From a virus (Duplodnaviria; Heunggongvirae; Uroviricota; Caudoviricetes), in the IMG/VR virus record IMGVR_UViG_3300012983_000032, positions 29,793-93,792 of that record: a stretch of 64,000 bases of DNA. One strand, 5' to 3'. Shown here piece by piece: positions 29,911 through 38,120 of this stretch. A model generated the notes under the pieces. It saw nothing but the letters and a program-made list of their open reading frames with translations. It had not been told where the DNA came from and did no database searches. Each line of letters begins with the position of its first letter. Position 1 is the first letter of the stretch. A program made the position numbers and the translations under genes.

Positions 29911-30045
29911 ATATTATTCTACACCCTCTTGGGTGTTTGTATACTTAATATAATGTATTGTGTCCTCGTCGTGATTTTCTTTTGCAAGTTCTGTAAAAAT
30001 TTTATCACGAATACATACAGGATTTGACCTCGGAAATAAAGGCAT
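29911..30045 (-). CDS. Possible 44-aa ORF upstream of the primase. Not in the ORF track.
   Basis: ATG preceded by a GGGGGT RBS. Sequence MPLFPRSNPVCIRDK...QEGVE. Coordinates approximate. Confidence 0.2.
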
Positions 30046-30084
30046 TAAACCCCCAGGGGTCAAACCACTAAATGCCTCATTCCA

Positions 30085-30393
30085 TTAAGCACGTTGTTTC
30101 TCAAGGTCAACCCTTGTAAAATTCTCTTTACAATAGAGTTTTTTATCCTTTACATATATATGATATTCTTTACACTTTTCAACTGGGATAGTAATCTCGT
30201 CAAAGGGTTCTTCCCCATAAAAAATATCACGACAAAATGAAACTGTTAATACTTTATTATCAATATTAAAGTCTGATGTAATACAATACCCGCCGTCAAG
30301 AATATTTGGCTGATGCCACCACGGAGTAGTGGGACATTTATCTTTTTGTCCTCTCCAATAAAATGTAAACTCTAAATCATCATAATCAAACAT
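30085..30393 (-). CDS. Hypothetical protein
   Basis: ORF with a GTTAATATA box 5 nt upstream of the ATG. Confidence 0.3.
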   Translation of the reverse strand: MFDYDDLEFTFYWRGQKDKCPTTPWWHQPNILDGGYCITSDFNIDNKVLTVSFCRDIFYGEEPFDEITIPVEKCKEYHIYVKDKKLYCKENFTRVDLEKQRA

Positions 30394-30398
30394 AATAC

Positions 30399-30408
30399 TA
30401 TATTAACA
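30399..30408 (-). promoter_or_regulatory. TGTTAATATA box 5 nt before ATG 30393 (leaderless configuration)
   Basis: motif. Confidence 0.4.
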
Positions 30409-30410
30409 CC

Positions 30411-31160
30411 TTACCCGAAATTTTCAGGATTTTCGTCTGCGTTTTCAATTCTTTTTACTGCAATATCAAAATACTCTTTATCTTTCTCTATTCCAATAAA
30501 ATCTCTATTTAATTTCTTGCAAGCAACTCCAGTAGTTCCTGACCCCATACAGTTATCTAAAACTATATCACCCTCATTAGAAAATGTTTTTATCAACTCC
30601 ATAATTAAAGCTAAAGGTTTTTGTGTGGGATGTAGATTACTTGTTAAAATATCTCTCTTAAATTTCCATAATTGTGTTGGGTACCTTAATCCTTTGTCTA
30701 CATATTCTGTAGGCTTTTTATCAAAATCATCGTCAACCAATTTTCCTAATTTACCATTTTTAATTTTATTAACTCTAGGTGGGCCGTTATAGAGAGTCAT
30801 TTGTGGATTATAAGTACATTGTTTCTTATAAAATAAAGATATTACTTCAATATCTTTACCTGCTCTACGTTTTACTTGAAATATATTAGTAACTCGTTCT
30901 TTCTGCCAATAAATATCATACTTGAAATATTTTAGATTTGAGAGTCTGAGAAAAGAAGAAAAAGGTTCTTGCCCAAATAAAATAATTGGAGTAGTGTCTT
31001 TAATAATTCTATTATACTCTTTCCACAATTCTTCAAAAGGTATAATAATATCCCAAGGGCATTTAGTTGTGCCATACGGCAAATCACATATTATTAAATC
31101 GACTGACTTATCAGGTATCAGTTTCATTGCTTGGAGACAGTCGTCATTATAGAATTCCAT
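30411..31160 (-). CDS. DNA methyltransferase, N6-adenine/N4-cytosine beta class
   Basis: N-terminal IICDLPYG (motif IV), HPTQKP, and C-terminal NCMGSGTTGVA (motif I). Confidence 0.8.
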   Translation of the reverse strand: MEFYNDDCLQAMKLIPDKSVDLIICDLPYGTTKCPWDIIIPFEELWKEYNRIIKDTTPIILFGQEPFSSFLRLSNLKYFKYDIYWQKERVTNIFQVKRRAGKDIEVISLFYKKQCTYNPQMTLYNGPPRVNKIKNGKLGKLVDDDFDKKPTEYVDKGLRYPTQLWKFKRDILTSNLHPTQKPLALIMELIKTFSNEGDIVLDNCMGSGTTGVACKKLNRDFIGIEKDKEYFDIAVKRIENADENPENFG

Positions 31161-31164
31161 TTTA

Positions 31165-31174
31165 ATATATTAAC
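31165..31174 (-). promoter_or_regulatory. TGTTAATATA box 4 nt before ATG 31160 of the beta-class MTase (leaderless configuration)
   Basis: motif. Confidence 0.4.
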
Positions 31175-31209
31175 AATACTTAAATTTACTAGTTTTTTGT
31201 GTAGTGGAT

Positions 31210-31248
31210 TTAAAAAAATAAAAAACCCTACACTTCAAAGTGTAGGGT
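31210..31248 (-). terminator. Rho-independent terminator ending the SPFH transcript and the candidate 3' UTR RNA
   Basis: ccctacactttgaagtgtaggg then TTTTTTATTTTTTT on the minus strand. Confidence 0.75.
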
Positions 31249-31436
31249 TAAAGTCACTTAGGATTATAATGTCTGTTAGTCGGCACCACCGAGGTGGGCT
31301 AGTTCTTATGATTTTCAGACATTTTATCGGTCAAGCCTGGATTACGCATAGTTACCCGACCTTTTATATACCAGAGTCTCTGTCTTACCGTCCTATAGCC
31401 GAACTCACTTGTAACTTTTTATTCTTTATTGTAAAG
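31249..31436 (-). ncRNA. Candidate structured small RNA (3' UTR element) between the SPFH gene stop and its terminator
   Basis: About 190 nt of non-coding sequence, markedly GC-richer than its surroundings (cggcaccaccgaggtgggctag; ggtcaagcctgg...cccgacc), with several possible stems. Bounded by terminator 31226-31247. Confidence 0.3.
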
Positions 31437-32537
31437 TTATCTGTTACTAGTATTAGTAGCTTCACGAATAAGACTATCAATACCAAGTACTTTAAGGTCA
31501 TTTGAAGTAACAACTTTAGGAAGTGCAATATCATTCAATGCCTTAGCACGAATCTTAATAGCTTCTGCCTCTGCCTCACCTTTAAGTCTAAGGTTAGTAA
31601 TTTCTTGTTCTCGCTGTTTACGAGCAAGTTCAATACTAGATGTCTGTGCAAGAATCTTCTGAGTTTCTACTGTCTTACGTGCTTCTGCCTTAGCATTTTC
31701 TGTTTCAGCAAGGATTTTCTGCTTTTCCATCTTCTGAAGTTCAATTTCATTTTCCTTCTTCTGTTTTTCAGCCTCGAAACGTTTCTTTTCAGTTTCTACC
31801 TGTGCCGCCAACTTAGCCTGCTCGTCCATCTGATTCTGCAAAGTTGCATCGTCGGGGATAAGACCGTTCCAAACAGCAAGGTTATCAATAGTAATACCAA
31901 ACTCTTTTGACCATTCTTGAATACGTTCAATTGCAGCGGAAACAATTTCATCACGGTTAGGAAGTACGTCTTTATATTCATACTTATGGAATTCCTTAGA
32001 CAACTCTGCTGCAACAATATTTCTAAACTGATTATCCGCTACCATTTCTGGTGAACTCAACATCTTTGAACGTGTGTCTGGAACTGGAATATTTGCCGGG
32101 AACTTAGAAAGAAATCTTCCAGAGTCCTGAGGTGTTACACGAATTGCATATTTCATAGGAACAGTAAATCCCTGACTACCTTTTGTTTCTACCTTAATTT
32201 CGTCGTCCCAAGTACCTGTAATTGGAGAGTTAGAAACTGCTACTACCTTAAGTTTTGGGATATATTTTCCTGTACCTCTCATACGTCCAGTCTTTACCCA
32301 CTTGTGTGGAATCTGTACCAACTTTTCATTTAAAAGATGTGTTTTGTAGTAATCTTCCGAAGTAAGAGTTGCTTGAGCGTTTTCTTCACTTTCTGCAAAA
32401 AGGTTAATTACAAATGCTGTTTCATTTGTATCAATCTGTACATACTCTGGTTTATCGTATGGACGAATAAACATACAAGAAGTACACATTACTGACATTA
32501 CTGTCAGCATAGCAAACAATCCAAAAATCTTTTTCAT
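31437..32537 (-). CDS. SPFH/band-7 (stomatin/prohibitin-like) lipoprotein
   Basis: Signal peptide with a Cys lipobox (LTVMSVMCTSC), and an SPFH-like core with an Ala/Glu/Lys-rich coiled-coil tail. Confidence 0.6.
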   Translation of the reverse strand: MKKIFGLFAMLTVMSVMCTSCMFIRPYDKPEYVQIDTNETAFVINLFAESEENAQATLTSEDYYKTHLLNEKLVQIPHKWVKTGRMRGTGKYIPKLKVVAVSNSPITGTWDDEIKVETKGSQGFTVPMKYAIRVTPQDSGRFLSKFPANIPVPDTRSKMLSSPEMVADNQFRNIVAAELSKEFHKYEYKDVLPNRDEIVSAAIERIQEWSKEFGITIDNLAVWNGLIPDDATLQNQMDEQAKLAAQVETEKKRFEAEKQKKENEIELQKMEKQKILAETENAKAEARKTVETQKILAQTSSIELARKQREQEITNLRLKGEAEAEAIKIRAKALNDIALPKVVTSNDLKVLGIDSLIREATNTSNR

Positions 32538-32541
32538 AAGG

Positions 32542-32853
32542 CTACTTTTCCTCCTTTGCCTTTACAATTTCAATGATTTTAATAATATCTTTATAGGCAA
32601 GATAAATTGCCAAAAGTCCTAATAGAACAACACCAAAACCGAATATAAAAGTAAAACTGCCTTGATGATTAATAACAAACTCTGAAACTGCAAGTGACTC
32701 CTCATGTGCCAATCTCTTAATTTCCAAAGTTCCCGCAGTTTGATTAATAATTGTTTCAACAAAACTAAGAGCCAACGTTAAAAGTCTCATACCAATAAAT
32801 ATAAAAGACTCTTTAATAAATAAAACAATTGACTTACCAATTACTTTATCCAT
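32542..32853 (-). CDS. Small membrane protein (NfeD/YqiJ-like partner of SPFH?)
   Basis: Two TM helices, directly upstream of the SPFH gene. Confidence 0.3.
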   Translation of the reverse strand: MDKVIGKSIVLFIKESFIFIGMRLLTLALSFVETIINQTAGTLEIKRLAHEESLAVSEFVINHQGSFTFIFGFGVVLLGLLAIYLAYKDIIKIIEIVKAKEEK

Positions 32854-33157
32854 CTAAATCCTCCGTATTATTTTTATTTGCCATAAACTTATTGAAATTG
32901 TCATTCAACATATCTACTCTTGATAAGAGTAATTTTTTGACGGCTCGGTAAATCTCAGGAAGTAAAGACAATATATCATTATTATCCTTTGTAGGGTCTG
33001 CTTTAACGTATTCTACAAAATAACCTGTATTACTAGGTGTCCCAAATTTTATAAAATATCCCTCACCTGAGTCTCCACCTACTTCATATATTAATCCATT
33101 TTGGTCAGCAATTATCTGACATAATTCAGATAACAGATTTCTCTTATCTCTTTTCAA
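32846..33157 (-). CDS. Hypothetical protein
   Basis: ORF in an operon. Confidence 0.3.
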   Translation of the reverse strand: MKRDKRNLLSELCQIIADQNGLIYEVGGDSGEGYFIKFGTPSNTGYFVEYVKADPTKDNNDILSLLPEIYRAVKKLLLSRVDMLNDNFNKFMANKNNTEDLDG

Positions 33158-33159
33158 AA

Positions 33160-33534
33160 TTACATTCTCCCTTTCTTAAAGATATAATAACAATGAGGTC
33201 CAGAGTTTATGTAGTCAATAATATATTGTTCACCTTTAGTGATATCCCCATATCGAATCTCACAGTCATAAGGGATATAAAACTCTATTTCTCTAATATT
33301 TGTAAAATTCTTAATGTGCATAGTGAGTTTACACTGTGCATAGTCAGGATAAGACTCAAACTTGTAGTCTAATAGTTTACCAACCCATTTATTTTCATAT
33401 TTAGCACCTAGAGAGTTTGCATAGTCTTCTATAATTGTTATAGTCTTATATCTCTTAAAAGTACGTAGTGCATTTCTCAAATGGTCTTTATTGAAATAAT
33501 TACGTTTTAAGGGTTTTTCATTTTTCATATTCAT
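33160..33534 (-). CDS. Hypothetical protein
   Basis: The promoter box abuts the first ATG. The protein may initiate at the second ATG (M3) as a leaderless mRNA. Confidence 0.3.
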   Translation of the reverse strand: MNMKNEKPLKRNYFNKDHLRNALRTFKRYKTITIIEDYANSLGAKYENKWVGKLLDYKFESYPDYAQCKLTMHIKNFTNIREIEFYIPYDCEIRYGDITKGEQYIIDYINSGPHCYYIFKKGRM

Positions 33535-33543
33535 ATATTAACA
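33534..33543 (-). promoter_or_regulatory. TGTTAATAT box abutting the ATG (33534); 7 nt before the second ATG
   Basis: motif. Confidence 0.35.
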
Positions 33544-33549
33544 ATAATT

Positions 33550-34140
33550 TTAAGAATTTTTTAAAAAAGGTATATTATTTTCCTTGATAATTTCATTATA
33601 TCTGCTATGTGTTTTTTCAAAACCTAAAATATACCTCAATACTTTTTTATTCATATCTAAATATAAAATAATATAATTTGGGTCTTTAGACCTAATAAAG
33701 TCTTTTACATCATCTGAAAAGTCTATAGTATCCAGCATTATAGAAAGTTCTTTATTATAGACAATTAAATACTTTCTATTTAACTTTCCGTCATCATACC
33801 TATAAATGAGATTTTGTGCCGCATGACCATCGTAAATTTGTGTTGGTTCATTAATCCCATCAAATGACATAAAAGCAAAACTGTATGCAAATACGTCCCC
33901 AAACTTTTCCATACTATACTTTTCTTTACCAGTAAGTATATCTATAGAAGTTTTAAGGTTACAAATATAATAAGGATAGTATTCAAGTACTTCTTTGAAA
34001 TTCGGACTGAATTTAATATACATTTCAGACGGATAATCTGGTCTTTTAAACTGTAAAAAGTAAGACAATAATTCATTATCTAGTGAATATACTTGTTCAA
34101 TAACAGTAGTATCAGATAGTGTAAAACCATAAAATTCCAT
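33550..34140 (-). CDS. Hypothetical protein
   Basis: ORF with a GTTAATATA box 5 nt from the ATG. Confidence 0.3.
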   Translation of the reverse strand: MEFYGFTLSDTTVIEQVYSLDNELLSYFLQFKRPDYPSEMYIKFSPNFKEVLEYYPYYICNLKTSIDILTGKEKYSMEKFGDVFAYSFAFMSFDGINEPTQIYDGHAAQNLIYRYDDGKLNRKYLIVYNKELSIMLDTIDFSDDVKDFIRSKDPNYIILYLDMNKKVLRYILGFEKTHSRYNEIIKENNIPFLKNS

Positions 34141-34145
34141 ACAAC

Positions 34146-34154
34146 TATATTAAC
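34146..34154 (-). promoter_or_regulatory. AGTTAATATA box 5 nt before ATG 34140 (leaderless configuration)
   Basis: motif. Confidence 0.4.
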
Positions 34155-34253
34155 TTTTTATTTTTTTTGGCTAATTAAGTGAATTTTTTAAAAAGTTCAA
34201 TTATAACATTAATGTAATCTAAAAAGGATATATAATATATATAATTAATTAAT

Positions 34254-35102
34254 ATGGGAAAACATTTTAAGCCATTAAATAAAAGAACTCACTATAAAAA
34301 AGTATGTAGAAGTTGTGGAGAATTATATTCTGACGATTTTGCAGAGACAGAAATATGTCCAAAATGCCATGAGAAATATAAAGGGAAGAAACCTATACCT
34401 TATAAATGTACTTGTGGTCAGATATTTATGGGACAAAGAGCATTTAGGGCACACAGAAGTGAAATGAAAAAAGCTGGAACTTCTTGTCCACCATATGAAA
34501 GACATGAAACTATGACTAATTGTCCTTATTGTGGAAAGGAACTATCAGCGTCTATGGATAAAAGATGGGGCAAGGAAACATTATTTACTCATTATAAAAC
34601 CTGTAATGAAAGAGAGATTGCATTGGCAAAATATGGGAGTTATAAAAAAACTCCTATGGCAATTCAACATAAACAAGAATCTATGCAATCTATAGAATAT
34701 ATAATTAAAATGTTAACTAGCCCTAAAAGGGAAGACCCTGGTGTCTCTGAAACAGCAATGAATACAGCATTAGGTGGTATTGCGGGGCAAAATACCTTGC
34801 AACAGAATATATTTCTATATAGTGTATTTGAAAAATATAACAGACAATATGACTTGAAAGGCTGCCTTTATAGGGCAAGTTCTATTCAAAATGTTATATT
34901 AGAATTACAGTTAGTTTTTAATTTTGATAATCAGTTAAAAGATTATTTTAGAGAAACTTTTGAAAAGGAAAAATGGTTAATTATAGATTTAAATTGGTCT
35001 GATTTTATTTTAAACCCAGAAGAGTCTGAAAAAAAGGTAATACAGGCAATTATTGACCAAGAGAACAAATTAGGAGTGCCATTTAAAATGAGTAATTGTT
35101 AA
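34254..35102 (+). CDS. Multi-zinc-finger protein
   Basis: Repeated CxxC pairs: CRSCG...CPKCH, CTCG, CPPY...CPYCG. Confidence 0.4.
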   Translation: MGKHFKPLNKRTHYKKVCRSCGELYSDDFAETEICPKCHEKYKGKKPIPYKCTCGQIFMGQRAFRAHRSEMKKAGTSCPPYERHETMTNCPYCGKELSASMDKRWGKETLFTHYKTCNEREIALAKYGSYKKTPMAIQHKQESMQSIEYIIKMLTSPKREDPGVSETAMNTALGGIAGQNTLQQNIFLYSVFEKYNRQYDLKGCLYRASSIQNVILELQLVFNFDNQLKDYFRETFEKEKWLIIDLNWSDFILNPEESEKKVIQAIIDQENKLGVPFKMSNC

Positions 35103-35106
35103 TATA
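35098..35106 (+). promoter_or_regulatory. TTGTTAATATATAAT promoter, 30 nt before DNA-polymerase ATG 35136
   Basis: motif plus RBS TGGAGG. Confidence 0.5.
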
Positions 35107-35135
35107 TAATTAATTATTTTGGAGGTAATTAACTA

Positions 35136-37325
35136 ATGGCAATTCAATTTGGTGGAATTACTACCACCACAAAAGCAAAAAGTTTAGCAATTGCTAAAGA
35201 AGACAGAGTTGACGACTATATTCTTTATAACCATTTTAACCCAGAAGAAGACTATTATATTTTCCTCCTAGAGGGTATGCCAAAAAATAGGGCATTAGTT
35301 GATAAGGTAAGAGCTAAAATTGACGAACATGGTTATCAGTCTTATATTATTGCGTCTGCAACTACAAAAGTCTTCGTAAAAGATGATATTAAACAGTTAA
35401 CAGAACATATGAGTACATTTAGGTCAAAATGGACTAATATTATTACATATCAAGGTGTTCACTGTTCTGCAATTATGGCTTTTGGTGCTGCCTTGTATGG
35501 TATTAACCGTAGTGCCGATATTATGGTTAGTGACTTTTATGATATGTGGATGAATAATCCATATTACTACCTTGGTCACGGATTTATTGGGGATTTTGAC
35601 ACATTTATTTACCCAGTCGATAGTGTTGACCAACTTTATCCGTCTGAGGATAATAGACATAGACCTTTTAAACCCGACGAATCAACTACAAACTGGAAAA
35701 CAAGATTCTTTTTTGCACAATTGAAAAATATGCAAATTGGACGTAAATATCCAGAAGATATGACTGACTTTGAGATTGTTGTATGTAAAACATTGGAAGA
35801 GGCAGATTCCACATTAACTAAACTTATGAACTCAAAGTTATTGGCTTGGGATACTGAAACAAACTCATTAAAATGGTTTAGGAAGAATTCACACATTCAC
35901 TGTTTTACATTCTGTAATGACGGTAAAATTGGATATTATATTCCAGCAAAATTAATTTTTGAAAATCGTGGACTACGTAGAAAATTATGTAGTGTAATGT
36001 ACACTTGTGAAAATATGGTTGGTGCCAATATCAAGTTTGATATTCATTTTATTAAACATGATATGCCTGAATTTGATATCAAAAGAATTAAACATATTGA
36101 CGACGTTGGACAGTTAAGTCATGCTATTAATTCAAACCGTACAAAAGGTTTGAAACCTATGACTTTCTTCTATACACCATTTGGCGGATATGAAAACGAA
36201 TTGGACGTATTTAAAAAACAGACAAAAACTGATAATTACTCACTTATTCCAATAAATATCCTTAGTAAATATGCAACTATTGATGCTATTGTTACATTCA
36301 GAATTTACTTGGCACTTAGAAATCACATAGCTTTAGTTGATAAAAAATTCCCTAATGAAAAGCCACTTAAAGACTGGACTATGGAAAGATGGTATGACCA
36401 AGTAATGGCACCTGTTTATCCAGACTTTATCGGTATGGAAGAAGTAGGTATGAGAATGGACGTAGACTATCTGCAGTCTGTTAGAAAACTTTTACTCTAC
36501 CGTATTCCAATTGTTAGAGATAAACTTTGTAATTTATGGAAAGTACCAAAAGACTTCAAGTTCAATTCACCCGATAAGTTAGGTATGCAAATTGAAAAAA
36601 TGGGTTGGCCAAAGGTTGCAGAAAGTAAGAAAGGTCTTTATGCTACTTCTGATGAGTGTATTCAAGAGTGGAAACGTCTTAATATGCCAGGGATTAATGA
36701 CCTTATTGAACTTAGAGAATTATATTCTTTCTTAGGTACTTTTATTGGTCTTGAGTCAGAAACTGGTAACCCTGACGACGCAACAGGTTGGCAACAGTTC
36801 CTTGTCTTCCACCCAGAAGACAACAGTTGGAGAGTTCATCCAAACTATGGTGTAATGGCAACAGAAACTATGCGTTGTATTGGTACAGAACCTAACTTGC
36901 AAAATATCCCTGCACACTCTAAACTTTCAGACGAAGTTAAGAGATGTATAACGGTTCCAACTTCAATTCAGTACACTATTGCAGACGAAAGTGGTAATGT
37001 ATATGTAGGTGGTCATTTGGATACTATCGAGGTTGAGGGCAGAGGTAGAATTTCTTTGGCAGACGTTAGAGAAAATGATAATATAATACCGAATACTTTT
37101 GAAAAGTACAAGTTCAAATATGCAGAAATATTTGAAAAAGATGATGACGAAAATTCTAAAAAAGGTTCTTGGGAAAGTCAGAGAGCAAAGATTTATGGAC
37201 TAAAATCTATAAATGACGCAGTAGTTTCAAAAGATAAATCATTCCTTGACGATTTTAATGGTAATGAGAGTTCAGAAGAAAATGAACCAAAGAAGTTTGG
37301 TTTTGGATTCGGTATTGGAGCGTAA
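35136..37325 (+). CDS. Family-A DNA polymerase, N-terminal portion. It covers the 3'-5' exonuclease domain and the start of the polymerase domain, then stops after the NLQNIP region.
   Basis: ExoI LLAWDTETNSL, ExoII ANIKFDIHF, ExoIII KYATIDAIV. The polymerase fingers motif TEPNLQNIP is present. Motif A is atypical (IADESG) and motifs B and C are absent. A low-complexity tail precedes the stop. Confidence 0.7.
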   Translation: MAIQFGGITTTTKAKSLAIAKEDRVDDYILYNHFNPEEDYYIFLLEGMPKNRALVDKVRAKIDEHGYQSYIIASATTKVFVKDDIKQLTEHMSTFRSKWTNIITYQGVHCSAIMAFGAALYGINRSADIMVSDFYDMWMNNPYYYLGHGFIGDFDTFIYPVDSVDQLYPSEDNRHRPFKPDESTTNWKTRFFFAQLKNMQIGRKYPEDMTDFEIVVCKTLEEADSTLTKLMNSKLLAWDTETNSLKWFRKNSHIHCFTFCNDGKIGYYIPAKLIFENRGLRRKLCSVMYTCENMVGANIKFDIHFIKHDMPEFDIKRIKHIDDVGQLSHAINSNRTKGLKPMTFFYTPFGGYENELDVFKKQTKTDNYSLIPINILSKYATIDAIVTFRIYLALRNHIALVDKKFPNEKPLKDWTMERWYDQVMAPVYPDFIGMEEVGMRMDVDYLQSVRKLLLYRIPIVRDKLCNLWKVPKDFKFNSPDKLGMQIEKMGWPKVAESKKGLYATSDECIQEWKRLNMPGINDLIELRELYSFLGTFIGLESETGNPDDATGWQQFLVFHPEDNSWRVHPNYGVMATETMRCIGTEPNLQNIPAHSKLSDEVKRCITVPTSIQYTIADESGNVYVGGHLDTIEVEGRGRISLADVRENDNIIPNTFEKYKFKYAEIFEKDDDENSKKGSWESQRAKIYGLKSINDAVVSKDKSFLDDFNGNESSEENEPKKFGFGFGIGA

Positions 37326-37339
37326 ATTAACTGTTTTTT

Positions 37340-37348
37340 GTTAATATA
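37340..37348 (+). promoter_or_regulatory. TTGTTAATATATAG promoter directly after the truncated polymerase ORF
   Basis: motif; drives the small ORFs at 37407-38023. Confidence 0.45.
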
Positions 37349-37406
37349 TAGTCGCCCCTAAGATATTTAATATCTTAAATCTATGGGCATAAGGAGGTAA
37401 TATAAA

Positions 37407-37496
37407 TGGCGTGTCGTATATCAAAAGAATATAAACTGTCTCAAGGTAAAGAAGAATACCTTATGTTAACAGCAGATTTCGGCTCGTTACAATGAC
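37407..37496 (+). CDS. Possible 29-aa ORF behind a strong promoter and RBS
   Basis: TTGTTAATATATAG box at 37338-37351, RBS AAGGAGG, then ATG. Sequence MACRISKEYKLSQGKEEYLMLTADFGSLQ. Confidence 0.2.
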
Positions 37497-37780
37497 AAAT
37501 GCGTCTTACTACACAAGACACAACTCTTAATAAGAGTACTCATGGTAACTGTGACCCAGGTCTTTATGAAATCTACTCTGAAGAATCAGTTTGTCCCGAC
37601 GCCCATTCGTAGATAAGTCTGCGACTGGTAAAAATACTTTCGTTGCTTCTATTAACGGGCAAGTATATGACTTGGAACTTGAAGACGGTTCTTCTGTAAA
37701 GTTATATCAGGAAATGTATGCAAAAATTAAACGTAATGGTACAGAAATGACTGTTAAAGTTTTGGACTTAAAAGAGGGGG

Positions 37781-38023
37781 ATGACTTTATTGAGCCAATC
37801 TACAACTTCTAAAGGAGTATTAGTCATTGACGGTAGAAATCTTTCCAAAGAAGAACTATATATTCATTGTGACAAAAGTAACACATTTGAAATAAGTACT
37901 CCGTCAAAAATATATATTGATGGTATGACATTTTCTTCTATGGAAGAATTTTTTAAATATATTAAAGACTTGAGGGAAGAAAATAAAAGACTACGGAAAA
38001 GATTAGGTCTTAAAGTTAAATAA
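37781..38023 (+). CDS. Hypothetical small protein
   Basis: 80-aa ORF that overlaps a second small ORF (37582-37812) in another frame. Confidence 0.25.
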   Translation: MTLLSQSTTSKGVLVIDGRNLSKEELYIHCDKSNTFEISTPSKIYIDGMTFSSMEEFFKYIKDLREENKRLRKRLGLKVK

Positions 38024-38120
38024 TGAATACTCTGCCGAATCTTGAGTTCGGCAGATTTCCACTCTTTCAATGGTACATAATTTTTCAAATTAATTACAGT
38101 ATTCACATTCCTAATTAAAT

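Noticed and set aside
31249-31436. Possible tRNA in the GC-rich 3' UTR segment
   Set aside because: I found no T-loop GTTCRANYC, no D-loop consensus and no cloverleaf with a 7-bp acceptor stem on either strand. I keep it only as a generic structured-RNA candidate.
31131-31505. 124-aa plus-strand ORF spanning the SPFH 3' region
   Set aside because: It overlaps the MTase start and the SPFH end, and is created by the GC-rich non-coding segment. It has no RBS. I interpret it as the footprint of a structured RNA, not a protein.
37000-37325. Intein inserted at motif A of the DNA polymerase
   Set aside because: Block A-like residues are weak (SGNVYVGG, no Cys1). There is no His-Asn C-terminal block and no extein continuation downstream. 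A split or truncated gene is more parsimonious.
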